DNA from: Paramoeba atlantica
Taxonomy: Eukaryota; Protista; Discosea
Length of the DNA: 64,000 nucleotides
Assembly: GCA_977017575.1 (NCBI GenBank)
Contig: CDRNVI010000189.1
Coordinates: 1-64,000 of the forward strand
Reading direction: 5' to 3'
The notes under the pieces were generated by a model, which was given only the letters and a program-made list of their open reading frames with translations, was not told where the DNA came from and made no database searches. Position numbers and translations under genes: made by a program. Positions 22,519 through 35,859 of this stretch are shown here, one piece after another (position 1 is the first letter of the stretch; the number at the start of each line of letters is the position of its first letter).

Positions 22519-23485
22519 ATGGCTGATGATGTTGAAGAAAAGTGGAAAGTAGATTCGAACTGCCTCCAATGGCAACAATTCCAAAACTATTTTGAGTTGA
22601 CAGAAGACAAAAAAAGGATTCATTCTCTCAAGGTGTGTGTTATTTTTTCCTTTTCTCTCTCTCGAATTTCAAATCTCAAGCCATTATCTTTTTTGATCCA
22701 TTTCTTCTCTTTTAGCCACATACAAAAGTTGCAATTGGAGAAGAACCCCTTAATTTCTTTTCAGATTTTGAGATTGAATTTGTTGTTCGCATCAATAGTC
22801 AATCTTTTCGAAGAACTTATTCCATTGGGATTTCCGATCGACCTCTTCACTGTAATTTCTTTTTTTCTTCTTCTCTTCTTCTTCTCTTCTCTCTCTTCTC
22901 TTCTTGTTCTCTTCTCTCTTTTATTCTCCTTTCTCATTTTTAATAATTTCAAGAACTTGGCTATCCTTTTCTTTTGGGATCAACAAAAACCTCTTGGGGT
23001 TGGAATATCGATGGCAATGTGAACCACAAAGATTTAACGATTGAATTTTCCTCACCATGGGGATACGGTTTTCTTTTTTCTTCTCTCTTTTCTTTCTCAA
23101 TTATTTTGGTTTTTATTTTAGAATCTTTTCTTTGACTTTTTTTAGTTGTCCAAAACATGTATGTTGTACAAATGAAATATTCTGCAAAAACAAGGTCCAT
23201 TCTATTTTTATTCTTTTGATCAACCCCCATCATTGCTCATTTCTTTCTTTTTTTCTTGTTTTTTTTTCTCTTTTGGTTCTCTCTTTGAATTTATTCTTGT
23301 CTTTCTCTTCTTATCACAGAACAATTCAATTTTTGGACAATGGAGAGGACCGAGGAGTCGCCTTTGAATTAAGTGAAAAAGACATTTCACAGAAACTATA
23401 TCCAGCAGTCTCTTTTGCTTCCTTTGGTCATCGGGCTATTATGAGAACAAAGGATAGTGTAATGCTCAAACCTGCAAAACATTGA
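22519..23485 (+). CDS. SPRY/B30.2-domain protein, ~5 exons
   Basis: The spliced product contains YSIGIS...LGSTKTSWGWNIDGN...RTIQFLDNGEDRGVAF...LYPAVSF. Confidence 0.8.
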
Positions 23486-23832
23486 AGAGAAAAAAGGAAA
23501 TTATTTTGGCTTTTAATGTTTCTTTTGCAATCTGGTAGTTTGTTTTGATTTTTGGCCTATCTTTTTTTTTAATGAGAGCGCAGATCAAAGACCACCTCCT
23601 TACTGAACCCAAAGAGGGCAACGACATTATTCAACTTTTGACATGGCGAAAATAACAACTTATCGTGCTGTCTGTTATCCAACAAAGTGATGAAGAAGAC
23701 AATGGAGCTTGGGAGGATGTGATAATTGGGATTTTGAAATGAAATTATTTTGCCCTCCTTGGATTTCTTTTTTTTTCATTTACAGTTTACTTGTTTTGTT
23801 TTGAAGATAATTTATTTGAAATAGAAATCAAT

Positions 23833-24420
23833 TTACATAATAATGCACCCTTTGCGGTTCCCTTGGGTCTTCTTTTTCTGATCCCGTGGGAAAAGAACTG
23901 CTCGAATTCCTTCATCAAAAACTTCTTTCAACCCCTTTTGTGTCATCGCACTGCATTCCAGGTATTTCACAGCCCCCAAATCTTTCGCCAGCTGTTCTCC
24001 CATTTGGCGAGTAATTGGTTCTAAATTCTTCTCTTCCAAGTTTCGTAAGGCAACTTCGTCAGTCCTCAAATCAGCCTTGGTCCCAACAAGCAAAAACTTT
24101 TCCAAACCATGATGTTGAATTTCTGGGACCCACTTTGCACGGACATTCTCAAAAGAAGCTGGTGACATAATCGAGAAACAGACCAGAAAGAAATCAGTCT
24201 GAGGATAAGAGAGTGGTCGCAATCGATCGTAATCTTCTTGGCCAGCAGTATCCCAAAGACCCAGATTGATTGGTTTCCCATCAACAATCAGATTGGCTGA
24301 GTAGTTGTCGAAAACGGTTGGGATGTATTCACCAGGAAAAGCATTTGCAGTGTAAGAGATTAAAAGACATGTCTTGCCCACCGCTCCATCACCAACAACA
24401 ACGCACTTAATTGCTTGCAT
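23833..24420 (-). CDS. rac: Rac-family Rho GTPase, intronless, with CaaX (CIIM)
   Basis: [50 protein letters not shown], polybasic tail. Confidence 0.97.
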   Translation of the reverse strand: MQAIKCVVVGDGAVGKTCLLISYTANAFPGEYIPTVFDNYSANLIVDGKPINLGLWDTAGQEDYDRLRPLSYPQTDFFLVCFSIMSPASFENVRAKWVPEIQHHGLEKFLLVGTKADLRTDEVALRNLEEKNLEPITRQMGEQLAKDLGAVKYLECSAMTQKGLKEVFDEGIRAVLFPRDQKKKTQGNRKGCIIM

Positions 24421-25140
24421 GTTTTTTGAAATCGAAGTTAGGTTTTTTTGTTCTGTCCTCCTCCTTTTCAAGAAAGAAAGAAAGATGAAGAATGAGAGAG
24501 TGGAAGTCGATTCAGTGAAAAAAAAAAGGTGGGAGTCAAGACTTTATTTAGAAAATATTTTTCCATATTAAGTATTGCCTCAAAAAATGCCGAACATTTT
24601 CGTTTTTGTTCACGTTTTCTCTTTTCTTTCCAGACGACACCGCTTTCAAGAAGTTGACACCGAACACCATTGGTGTTTCACTGAAGAAACAATTTCAGCC
24701 AAAACAACCTGAACAAGCAACAGTCTTTGCAATGGCGGTGAGATCTTCCAAATTTTCGTACATACATCATAATTTTTGGATGTGTATGAAAGTCAGCTTG
24801 ACCCAACTTTAATGAACCAATTTCTCACGCTCAATCCCTTCCAAGGAAAAGAAGAAACACAGAAGTTCTTCTTTTTTCATTTTGGGAAAGGTCACATGGA
24901 AAGAAACCTTGTGGGTTGTTGTTGATTCATTTGGATTCCATTTTTGATTCAGATTTTGAGAAAAGCTTGGTTGAATTGTGGGGTTTGTCTTTATTTTCTG
25001 TTTTTTTGGTTTTGTTTTCCTTTTTCTGTTAATTTTGACCCTCCAAAACCAAAAAGAAAAAAAAATGGGTTTCGAGTCAATCTTTTTTTCAAATTTCTAT
25101 TTTGAATAATAAATTTTATTCGATTTTGAAAACAAAAAAA

Positions 25141-28100
25141 TTATCTTGATTTTTGAGAACTGGTTTTCGATATTTTTCTTTCTCTTTCTCTTATTGTTAA
25201 TGCTTTTCTTTCTCTTTTTTCCTTCTCTTTCTCAAGTTGAAATTTTTTTCTTTCATTCTCTCTCTCTTTCTCCTTCATTCTCTTGTTTTCTCCTCTTTCT
25301 CTTCCAATCTGTCCTCCTCTTTCTACAATTTTTTTTAATTGAGAAAGGTGTTTCTCAACATTTTCTTTTCCTCTCTCTTTCATCTCATTTGCTTCTCTCT
25401 TTCTTTCTTTTCTCTCTTCTTCTTGTGCTTTTCTTTTTTTCTCCTCTTCTACTTCTTTTTTTCTTTCTTCTTCTTCTTCAATCATCTCTCTTTCTCTCTG
25501 ATCTTTTTCAATCCTTTCCTTTTTATCTCTCTCATCTTTCTCTTTCTTTTTTGTCTCTCTTTCTTTTTTATCTCTCTCTTCTTTTTCTCTTTCTTTTCTC
25601 TCTTCTCTCTCTTTTCTCTCTTTTCTCTCTTTCTCTTCTTTCTCTTCTTTTTCCCTCTTTCTTTTCTCTTTCTCTTTTTCTTTTCTCTCTCTCTCTCTCT
25701 TCTCCTTCTCTTCCATCCCTCCCTTTATCTTTTCAATATCAATCGACCCCAATTTCAATCCATCACAATCAACTTCAAGATGGATTGGCTGACCAGAAGA
25801 ACAATTCTCTCTGCCAATCCCCAAAGAACTTACCAAGACAACACCTTTCCCATTCCATAAAGAGAAACTTCCTTGCTGAAGATTGGAACTCAAAGGTTTA
25901 TCCAATTGATGATTGTTTGGATTACCATTCCCAAACCCATACAAAAACCCATTGGTTGCTGTAAAGTGGCAACCCCCACCATAGAAAGGTTCTTCTTTTC
26001 CATTTATATCCAGCACAGAGATCGAAATTTGGGTGACATCTTGATTTGATTGATCACATGTTACTCCTTTGCCAAGTGATGTGACTCGTTCTTGAAGTTC
26101 AATCTTGGGAGTGCAAATTTTGAGTAAAACAAATTTAAAACAAACAAAATAAGAAAAAAAAAATAAACCTGATAAGGCTCACCAACAGTCTCCCTCTTCT
26201 GAGAAATAACCTTCTTCCCCTTAACAAACCCATCCACAACAATCTCACCTTCTTCCCAAATGACATCTTCCCACACAACATGTGAATACTCAACCATTTT
26301 GGAATGTCCTTGTGATACATTATTGACAAAAAGTTCAACTCCATCAACATTTGAAAAGACCCAAACATCGATTTTGTCCCCTTGGTTCCAGTTCCAGTGG
26401 GGGAAGAGGTGGATTCGAGGTTGGTAGTTTTCAATCCACCATGTCTTGTAAAAATACCAGACATCTTTTTCAAATCCTGAAAATGGAAATATTTTTTAAA
26501 AAAAACTCTTGCCAAAAAAAATTACTTTTTTGAAGAAACTAAAAAAAATAAAAACCAGCATAATCAATCACACCAAAATGTGAATTGGTATTAGGCCAAG
26601 AATAAGGAGTTGGTTCACCACGATAATCTCTCTGTGTCCAAATATACCCACCTTCCATAAAAGGGCGTGTTGCAATTGGTTCCCATGCATCTTCTGCGCT
26701 TGCTCCCCAAGATACAACTATTTGTTTTTTCAGGCAAAAATCTTTTATTATTTTATTTTTTCTTAGTTATTAATATTTGTTCTTTGAATTATTTTTTTTC
26801 ATAAATTGAGAAGTGAAATCAAACTTGGATTTTCAATATCATAACTCCAAAGATAAGAATTCGCAGGGTCATTTGAATAGAGTCCACGATCTGTCACCAC
26901 ACTAAACCAAAAAAAAAGTATTTTCAAGATTTTATCAAATTATTTTGAATTTTCAATCATTTGAAAAAAGAAAATAATAATACCTTGAAGTTTCAGAACC
27001 AATTAAAGGTTGAGATGCATTAAATGAATCATGAAAATGATCGTATTCTTCGATCGCATAATTAATCCCAACAACATCTAACGCTTTTGTAATCTCACCA
27101 GGGCTTTCCCAACCATAGTTTTGAGCTGCTGTCACTATGTTTTTTTATTAATTTCAGCACAAAAATAAAATTCAATAAAGAAATCAAAAGAAGAAAAAGA
27201 ATAAATAATTTTCTAATTTGAAAAAAAAGAGAGTTCAAACCTGCACGACCACCCCAGGGGTCATAAGTTTCAATAATTTCACGAAACTGATTGGCCACAT
27301 TCAATCCATTCGGGTCATTTTCCATACATCCAACTATTGGATAAAAATTAATAATTGAGAAATTAATGGAAAAAAACTCTTTTTTAGAATCAATTCCAAA
27401 AAAATATTTTCAAAAAAAAAGAAAATAAAAGAACAAAAAAAACCAACCCTCATTACAAAGACTCCAAAAAGCAATTGAAGGATGATTTCTATCTCGAACA
27501 ACCAGATCACCCATATCCTCAAAATACTGGTTCTCTGCTGCAAAATTTCTGTTTTCATCCCAAATAATAATCCCATTTTGATCTGCATAATCTAACAATT
27601 CTGGATTTGGTGGATTGTGTGACATTCTCCAACTATTTGCTCCCATTTCTGCAAGTGACTCCATTCGATATCTTCATTTGGAGAGAAAGAAGAGAGAATT
27701 AAATGAAAAGGGTAGGGATGAGAAAGAAAAAAAGAGAAAGAAAAAAAAAACCGGTTGATCCGATCAGGAACAGCAACACCACAGCCAGCAAAATCTTGAT
27801 GATTACAAACCCCTTTTAACTGTCCCCAAAAAAGTATTTCAAAAAAAAGAACAGAAAAAAAAAACAGTTTTGAAGAAATAAAAATTACTTTCAGATTTTG
27901 GTCATTGATAAAAAATCCAAGATTTGGATCCCAAAGAAAATTTCTTGCTCCAAACTTAATAGATATCACATCACCAATATCACTTCCCTCCCAAATTACT
28001 TTCGAAACAACTGTATACAGATAAGGATAACCTAGAACGAGAGAGAGAAATACATTCTATTAATTTCCAATGAAAGTGAAAAACTCACACACAAAAAAAA

Positions 28101-29673
28101 AAAAAAAGAAAGAAACCGGGTTCCCAAAGAAAAGCAGAATCAAGATTCAAAACACTGTTCATCTCTAAAGTTTCATCACCCTTCGAAGCAAGAAGTGTCT
28201 CAGTCGCATTTCCAACCTCAACACCATTCCTATCCAAGATACTCCACAAAGATGTCACATTTCCTTCAATAACAGAATCCAAAACAATCTTTGAAGAAAT
28301 TTGAATCAGAATTGGAGATTGTGGTTGTCCATTCTGTCGATCAATTTCCCCAGATGGTGCCCCTTGTACATACAACCCCCAAGGTTGAACGTGAAAGGTC
28401 GGAGCAGTTGTAAGCCAAACATGGCGATAAATTCCTCCCCCTTCATACCACCACCCTTCTGGTTCGGTTGCATCAACATAAACAGAGAGAATGTTTGGTG
28501 TTCCATCAAATCGAATTATTGAAGAATAATTCGGGAGGAGAGAGAAATAGAAAGATGTATATCCTGATGTGTGATTGCCAATGAAAACCCCATTGAGATA
28601 GTAGAGACTGTTGCGATAGACTCCATCAAATGTGATCCAAAGGCTTTGGTTCTTGATTGCGGAATCAAGCGAGAAGATAAGTCTGAAAAGTGAAGAAAGA
28701 GCGGAGAGTGAGAGGAGATTAAGAAAAAGAAATCAAAACAAAAAAAAATAGCAACAAACCTGTACCAACCACGACCATAAGGCAAATAACCATGAGCCAT
28801 ATCAGCAAGAGGAGTCGGTTCTCCTTCAACAACAAAATCATGTGGTAGCCAAACACTTTCCCAATCCCCATCATCACCCTCTCTCATCTCTCTCTCATCT
28901 CTCCTAGATCGAAAGAAACTCTTTCCGATCTTATCTCCCCCAAAATAAGGAGAATGTGAAGAATCAGAGGATGAAATATCCATACATTCTGGATCAGAAC
29001 AGTTTTGGCCAACTGGAGGAGGGGGAGGAACAGGATTTCGAGTGACACTCATCCTACAAAAAGAAAGAGAGGTTGGAGAAAGAGAGAACAAAAGGAAAAA
29101 AGGAAAAGAGAAAAGGAACCATCCTGTTTGTGGTTGTTGTTGATCTGAAATAGAGCCAATCCAACATGAATTGGGAGGACTGCAATCTCCCCCATTCGCA
29201 CACCACTACAATCAGTGAAAAAAGAGAAAGGGAGGGAAGGGGCTCATCAGAAAAAAAAAAAAAAAAGAAGTAAAAGAAAAAAGAGAGGCAAACTTGAGAG
29301 ATTTGACAGCCTGCATTGATACAACAGGCGGATTGGCAATCTGCTTGATCCATCGCGCCAGCAACCTGGCTCAGTCCGAAAACCTGAATGAAATGGAAGA
29401 TAATCATGTAAGAAAACGGGAGAAATGCAAAAGGAAAGAAAAATAAAGAAGAAAAAGAGTTCCAAAAGAGAGGGAAGAGAAAAAGAGAAAGAGAGATTCC
29501 ACCTGAACATTGGTAAAATTTGAAACAAAATCATTTGTACAATTCAAACTCGTCGGAAAAACTTTTTTAAATTGCCAGTGACGATCAATCAAAATTTGTT
29601 CCCTTCCATTCGTCTCCCCAAAACAAAAAGAAACAAAGAAAGAAAAGAACAACACCAAACAACAACAACGCAT
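25141..29673 (-). CDS. Secreted glycoside hydrolase family 2 (beta-galactosidase-like), multi-exon, with a Cys-rich insert and a Lys/Glu/Arg-rich C-terminal tail
   Basis: Signal peptide at 29673; LPHDF, DFDGVY, WYEGGGIYRHVWL, KGVCNHQD, RMSHNPP, RDRNHPSIAFWSLCNE, GSET, DYRGEP, PHWNW, GNGNP motifs. Confidence 0.92.
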
Positions 29674-29799
29674 CAAAACCAAAAAATATTTTACAAATCC
29701 AAAAAAAAATTCAAAAACCAAAAACCAAAAAAGTGAAAAAACGAACACAAGTGGCGTTAAAAAATAACGCCCTAAATTTCTTCAGAAAATGGTGCAGAT

Positions 29800-32229
29800 G
29801 TTCATGCTCAAACAACCAATTTTGAACAGAAACATTTGCCTCTTGAATTTTACAATCCATTTTTCATGGAGCATCATGATGTTGAAGTGTACATTCACCT
29901 ATATTTTGTAGAAAAAAAAAATGATCGAGAACCTCTGGTTTATTTCTGCATTGAATGATTGATTCAAAATGATGCAATTGTTCATGCTCAAAATAACCAA
30001 TTTTGAGCACGAACATTTCCATCTTGAATTTTACAATCCATGACCTCGAAGTGTACCTCCACCTATTTTGCAGAAAGAAAAAAATGATAATCAAAAAGAA
30101 AAGAAAAGGAAAAGTTTTTGGTTCCCACAGCGAGAGTCTCCTTTCCATCCACCTTCGTTTATTTTGTTCAAAAGATTTTGACAGATGAAATTGATTCTTT
30201 TTTTTTGAAAATAAAACACTGAATTATAATTCATCTTGAAGAGGAGTTGAACGAAATTGTGGAAATCCCCAGTCTCGAATCCAAAACATCAATGATGCAG
30301 CTAGAAATAAAATAGAATTCATTTAATCAGAAACTTTTCATTAAAAATCTTCTTTTTTAAATTTCAAAAACAGAAACCAAAATTTTAAATTAAATAAAAT
30401 TTAAAAAAAATTGAATAATAATAATAAAAAAAAAAGAACCAAATTTTGATCTTGAAGGGGTGATTGGTAAATCAACAGTTGGAGAAAGATCCAAAATATT
30501 TCCATTCCGAAAAATAACTGCAAAACCACCAAATTCTGGTTTCCTTTCATCCCCTTTGCCCACCTAATAAAAGTGGTTGAGTTTAAATTTTCCCTTCTCT
30601 CTCTTCTCTCTCTTCTCTCTCTTCTCTCTCTCTCTCATTCATCTCTTTTCTTGTAAAACCTTTTGAGGTTGTTTATCCTGGAAGCTTCTAAGTTCTGATG
30701 TACGTAATGACCAAAGATTTTGACACAGTTTTTTTGATCCTTTGACAAATCTTGCCTTATCACCAATCGAAACAGCAAGATCATCCAAATGAGCCTTTTT
30801 TTTTGTAAAAGAAATTGAGACATTTTGTTTTCAAATCCGAAGAATAATAAAAGAGAAAGAATCTTACATTTGCCAACGCAGTGGTAGCACAGATAACAGT
30901 AACAGCAAGCTTTTCTGGATTTTCAGTAACAATTTTTTGGAGATCCTAAAAAAAAAATATGAGAGAAAAGAAGAGAAAAAGAGTGTTTTTGGAAATACTT
31001 TAAACAAAAGAAAAAATGGATGAAAAAATGATCAAAAAGAAAAAACCGAGAATGCAGAAGCAGAAAGAACAGGTCGCTCAAAATGACCTGCTTTAATCAA
31101 TGGCAGCATAATCTCTCTTGGAGTAAAAGCTTTCACTGGAAAAAAAAATGGTTGTTTAATTTTTTGAACTTCAAAAAAAATCAAACTTGAAATTTCAAAA
31201 AATCCAAAAAAAAAAAAAAAAATTACTTTGACTTGCATCAAAAACACGAAGTCGAATACCAAAAGAATACAAAACCAATCCAGGTAAATTAGTAATTCCC
31301 TCTTCTCTGGCAAGAGGATGAAGTTCTTCTCTGTTATTTTTGTAGGTTCAATTTATTGTTGTTGTTTAAAGAGAAAAAGAAAAAAAAAAGAAAAATAGAA
31401 AAAAAAATACTCAGCAAGATCGATAATATAAATGGTGAGGAGATCTTCCAGATTATTCTGTTCTGTGATATCAGATAAAGAGAGAGAAAAGAGAAAAAAG
31501 AAAAGAAAAAATCAAACTTTGATATCTTTCGTAAAGGGGACATAAAAATCGTTCCTAAAAAAAAATGAACAAGAGAAATGAGAGAGAAAAGAGAGAAAAG
31601 AGATAGAATGAGAAAAAAGAGATCGAAAGAAAGAAAAGAGAGAAAAGAGAGAAAAGAGAACATTTCATTGTTGAATTCATCAAAGATGACCAAAGAGAAC
31701 CCAGTATCCTATTCAAACCAAAATGAGAAAACCATTTTCCAAAAGAAAGAAAAAAGAGAGAAGAAAGAAAAAGTCTTGTAGTGGGAGGAGCTTCTGTCTC
31801 TTTTCCCATTCGAAAGTGGTCGAAAGAAAAGAGAAGAAGAGAAAAGAGAAGAAGAGAGAGAGAAGAAAGAAACAAACCCAATTCGCCTCTTCAACAGTCT
31901 CAAGTCTTGTGGCGAGAGGAGGAGTTGTTCCCTCTGGTTGTTTTTGAGACAATTTCTCTTAAAGAAAAAGAGAAAAAAGAGAAGAAGAGAGAGAGAAGAG
32001 AGAGAAGAGAGAGAAGAAAGAAACAAACCCGAATAGCTTTCCTCGCTTCTTCAACAGTCTCAAGTCTTGTGGCGGGAGGAGGAGTTGTTCCCTCTGGTTG
32101 TTTTTGAGACAATTTCTCTTTTGCCATCATTTGAATGTGGCTGAGAATGTCATCTTCTTCTTCTTCTTGGGCTTGGAGGAGAGAGGAGGAGAGGAGAAAG
32201 AGAAAGGAGAGGATGGTCCAATACTTCAT
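29800..32229 (-). CDS. Unknown secreted or membrane protein, many small exons; 3' end uncertain
   Basis: Signal peptide MKYWTILSFLFLLSSSLLQA at 32229; a series of GT-AG-bounded coding-like exons down to ~30270; no family recognised. Confidence 0.5.
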
Positions 32230-32532
32230 TGTTTTTCCAATTGTTGAAGAAGAGAGAAGAAGAGAGAGAGAAGAGGTGGGGAAAAAGAGCGACGAGCGAC
32301 GAGTGAAAAAAAAAGGAAAAAAGGGGGAAAAAAGTTTTTTTGGGGGGGATTGAACCTTCTTCCTTTGGATCTTTTTAGTGTTTTTAAATACTGTTGAAAA
32401 CTTTTTTCGGTGTATATTTTTTGAGCGTTTTTTTATCTTTTTATTTTTTGTTTTTCGTCATTTTTTGTTTTGTTTCGATTCGTTTGGATCCCTTTTTTTT
32501 CTTATTCTTCTTCTTTGAAAGTTAAGATTCAA

Positions 32533-35500
32533 ATGAAAAAAAGAGAATCTCAACTTCAAGATGAAGAGAAGAAAATTATTCTTCAACATGATTCCCCCTC
32601 AAGCACAATTTCCAAAAAAGAAAATCTGATTCGTTTTCTCCGGATCATGCTCATCGACCCGAAAGCAATCTCTCTTTTAGTTGAACAAGAAGGAATTGAT
32701 TCATTCGAAAAATTCTGTTCTTTTCAAATCCAAGAAAAAGAAAAAGAAAGAGAATTTAGAGAGAAATTTGGAGAAGAAGGAAAAGAAAGTTTGGAGGGAG
32801 TTGTCCATGGTTTTCGAATGTCTGTTTTGTTTTTGCAATCTCTTTTGAGTGCTGAGAGGGGGGGGATTTCTTTGGATGAGTTTTCTTGTGGTTGGCATGG
32901 CGAGGTTTTTGTTTGGGCTTTTATGAATTCTTTGCTTGGTTTGTTTTTTATTTTCTAATTTTTTGTTTTTTGTTTTTGTTTTTTGTTTTGGCTTTTTTGT
33001 TTTGGCTTTTTTGTTTTCACGAAACTCTCTCCATTCTAACCTCTATTTTTCAACCACACAAATCCCCTCCTCTCCCTCTTTCTCTTTCAAACAAAAACAA
33101 AACAAAAAACAAACAAAAAAACAACAAAAAACAAAAACAAAAGATCTATGCCCATACTTCACACAAAAGAGATGCAAAACCTTCCACCAACTGAGCATTC
33201 TGCCCATTCCCCGTTTTCTTGGCTCTCTTCCCTCTCTCTCTCCCCCCGAGAGAGAGGCCATTGCTTCTCATTTGAGGAATTTTCAGTTTTTGTATGAGCA
33301 GAAGGTTAAGATGTTTGAAGGCAGAGGTTTTTTTTTTGTTTTTTTTTTTTTGTATTTTTTTTTTGTATTTTTTTTGTATTTTTTTTGTATTTTTTTTGGT
33401 TTTTTTTTGTTTTGTATTTTTAGTTTTTGTATGAGCAGAAGGTTAAGATGTTTGAGGTTGTTAAGATGTTTAGAATTTTTTTATTTTCTGATTCAAGATT
33501 TGATTCTTTTTATTATTTCATATCACAAAACCTTTTCTCTTTTTCAATTCAATTTTATTGAATTTCTAAATGAAAAAATCTCAGAAGTTGACCCTTCTTT
33601 GGGAGAAGTTCAAATTTGGTTACGTTCAAATGATTTTTTAGACCTTTGTTGGGTTTTTTCTTCTCAGGTTTTTTCTTCATCCGTAATTTTTATTTTTTTA
33701 TTTTTATTTTTTTATTTTTATTTTTTTATTTTTATTTTTATTTTTATTTTTATTTTTATTTTTATTTTTATTTTTATTTATTAATTAATTGATTTATTTC
33801 ATTGTTTTTTTCAGTTATTTGATTTACTCAATTTGATTCTTTCTTTTCCCCCCTCTCTCTCTTCTCTCTCCTTTCCCCCTTCTAGGATTGCAAATCTTTT
33901 CAACAACTCTCTTCTCTCAATCTGAAAAAATTCCTTCCTCTTGTCCCAAAAGAGAGAGAAAAAGAATTAGAAAAAAAGTTAATTTCTTTTCAAGAAAGTT
34001 ATCCCAGAATTCACCATTTGATTGATAGCACTTCTCCTCGCCTTTCTTTGGATGCGATCTCTCTTACTCATTCCTCTCCTTTGTATGGGGTTCCAAAAGG
34101 AAACCCTCTTCAAGCTATTTCTCCTCCTCCTTCTTCTTCTCTTCTCTCTTCTTCTTCTCAATCTCCTCCTTTCAATCCACCAGGTCTAGTTCCAAGAAGA
34201 AACTCAAAACCTTCTCGATCTCCTCCTACTCCCTCTTCTTCTTCTTCTTCTTCTTCTACTACTTTTTTTGTTCCCTCTCCCTCTCTCTCTCCTTCTACTA
34301 CCCCATCTCCACCAGGCCTTTCAAGACAAATCAATCCGCGAACTTCTCCAAATCCTCTCTCTTTTTCTACTTCTTCTCTCCCTCTAATGAATCACCCTCT
34401 TCCGCGAGGTATCCCTTCTTCTTCTTCTTCTTCTGCTCTCTCTTCTCATTCTCATTCTCATGTTAAGAAAGAGAAATATAAGCGGGTCCGGTCTCCAGAA
34501 ATGTTTGAGGAAGAGAAGAAAGAAGAAGAGGAGATGAAGAGTGTGGAGGTTTCCGCTTGGTTAAGAACAAATAATTTGGAGGATTTATATCCTATTTTTG
34601 AGAAAGAAGGATTTCAAAATTTTGATGAATTGGCAACTTTAAAATTGGGTTTGTTTGTTGAGAAGATTCCTCAAGAACATAGGGAGAGAGTTTGTGAGGT
34701 TTTTTCTCTTTTTTTTTTCCCCCCTCTTTTATCTCTTCTCTTTGTTTTTTCCTTTCTTTTTGAAAGAAAAAAGTCAGATTAATATTAAAAGAATTAAAAT
34801 GAATGAATATAATTATTAACTTTTCTTTTAGATTGTGCGAACCTTCCAAAAATCGTATTCACAATTGATACTCCTTTCTGAGAAAATGTGTACAATGCCA
34901 AATCCTGATAAAACATCAAACAAAATGAAAAGAAATAGTACTTTTTTGGAGGTTTTCTTTTTGTTCTTTTTGAGTTTTTTTTTCTTTTTAATTTTTTTCT
35001 CAAATTTAAATCACAGATGAACTTTTTTCGATCATCGAGTACTGGGAAAGTTTATTTTTGATTGATTTTATTTTCCTTCTTTTTTAGAAAAACCTTTTTT
35101 TTATTTTATTTTATTCCACAGAAGAAAAAAAAAGAAGAAAAAGGAAAAGAAAAGATCAAAAAAGAAAGAAGGAAAAGAACAATCTCAGGAAAAGCAAAAA
35201 GAGAAAGCGCTTTGAAAGTCGAATCTCATTTTGCAGAGAAAAAAGGAACAATCGCAAGATTAGATTTAAAAACAGTAAGAAGAAGAAGTGATGGTCTTCT
35301 TTCTCCCCCTCTCACGTCCGCTCACAACAAACAAAACCAGAAAGAAGAAGAGAAAGAGAAAGAGAAAGAGAAGGATCCAGAGACAGTTCGAGCAGAAAGA
35401 GAGAAAAGACAACAAGAAATAGAGGCATTTTCGACATTTGTTATGCATCTTGATGAAGGAAATCTCTCTCAAATTGATATTAATTCCACTTTTGTGATTA

Positions 35501-35859
35501 GTATTGAAGATAAGAAAGAGGAAAGAAGAGCAGAAGGAGAGAGGACTAGAAGAGGAGAGAAGACAGAGAGAAGAAAATCGTTGCCTGGGATGTATCGCGA
35601 GCCAGAAAAATGGGAAAAGGGTCTTGTTGCTTTAAATGAAGGAGTTTTTGATTCTGAAAATATGTCTGAGGAGGTTGGTTTCTTCTCCTTCTCTTTCTTT
35701 TTTTTCAATTTTTTGTTCTTGCCTTTTTAACCCTTATTTTCTTTTTCTTTTTCAATTGTTTAATCTCTTTTTTTTTTCTTTTCTCTTTTCCAGGCATTCC
35801 GTCGAATGAGAAGGAAAACGAAACTTTCCGCCCAAGAAGTCTTTGGTGGTTCTCCTTGA
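32533..35859 (+). CDS. Protein with 3-4 SAM-like domains, a Ser/Pro-rich linker and a charged C-terminus
   Basis: EVSAWLRTNNLEDLYPIFEKEGFQNFDELATL and EVQIWLRSNDFLDL are SAM-type; exons splice in frame where checked (e.g. intron 32939-33143). Confidence 0.7.

Noticed and set aside
23572-23740. Coding-like stretch MRAQIKDHLL...TWRK*QLIV between SPRY and Rac
   Set aside because: Short, internal stop, no recognisable motif
24606-24950. Small + strand ORFs between Rac and GH2
   Set aside because: No consistent frame or motif; cannot be supported without expression data
25146-25964. 272-aa hydrophobic + strand ORF resembling a membrane protein
   Set aside because: Antisense shadow of the purine-rich GH2 tail
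33285-33470. Short duplication of an exon end (TTTTGTATGAGCAGAAGGTTAAGATGTTTGA) inside an intron
   Set aside because: Small local slippage duplication; at most an alternative donor site, with no evidence of function
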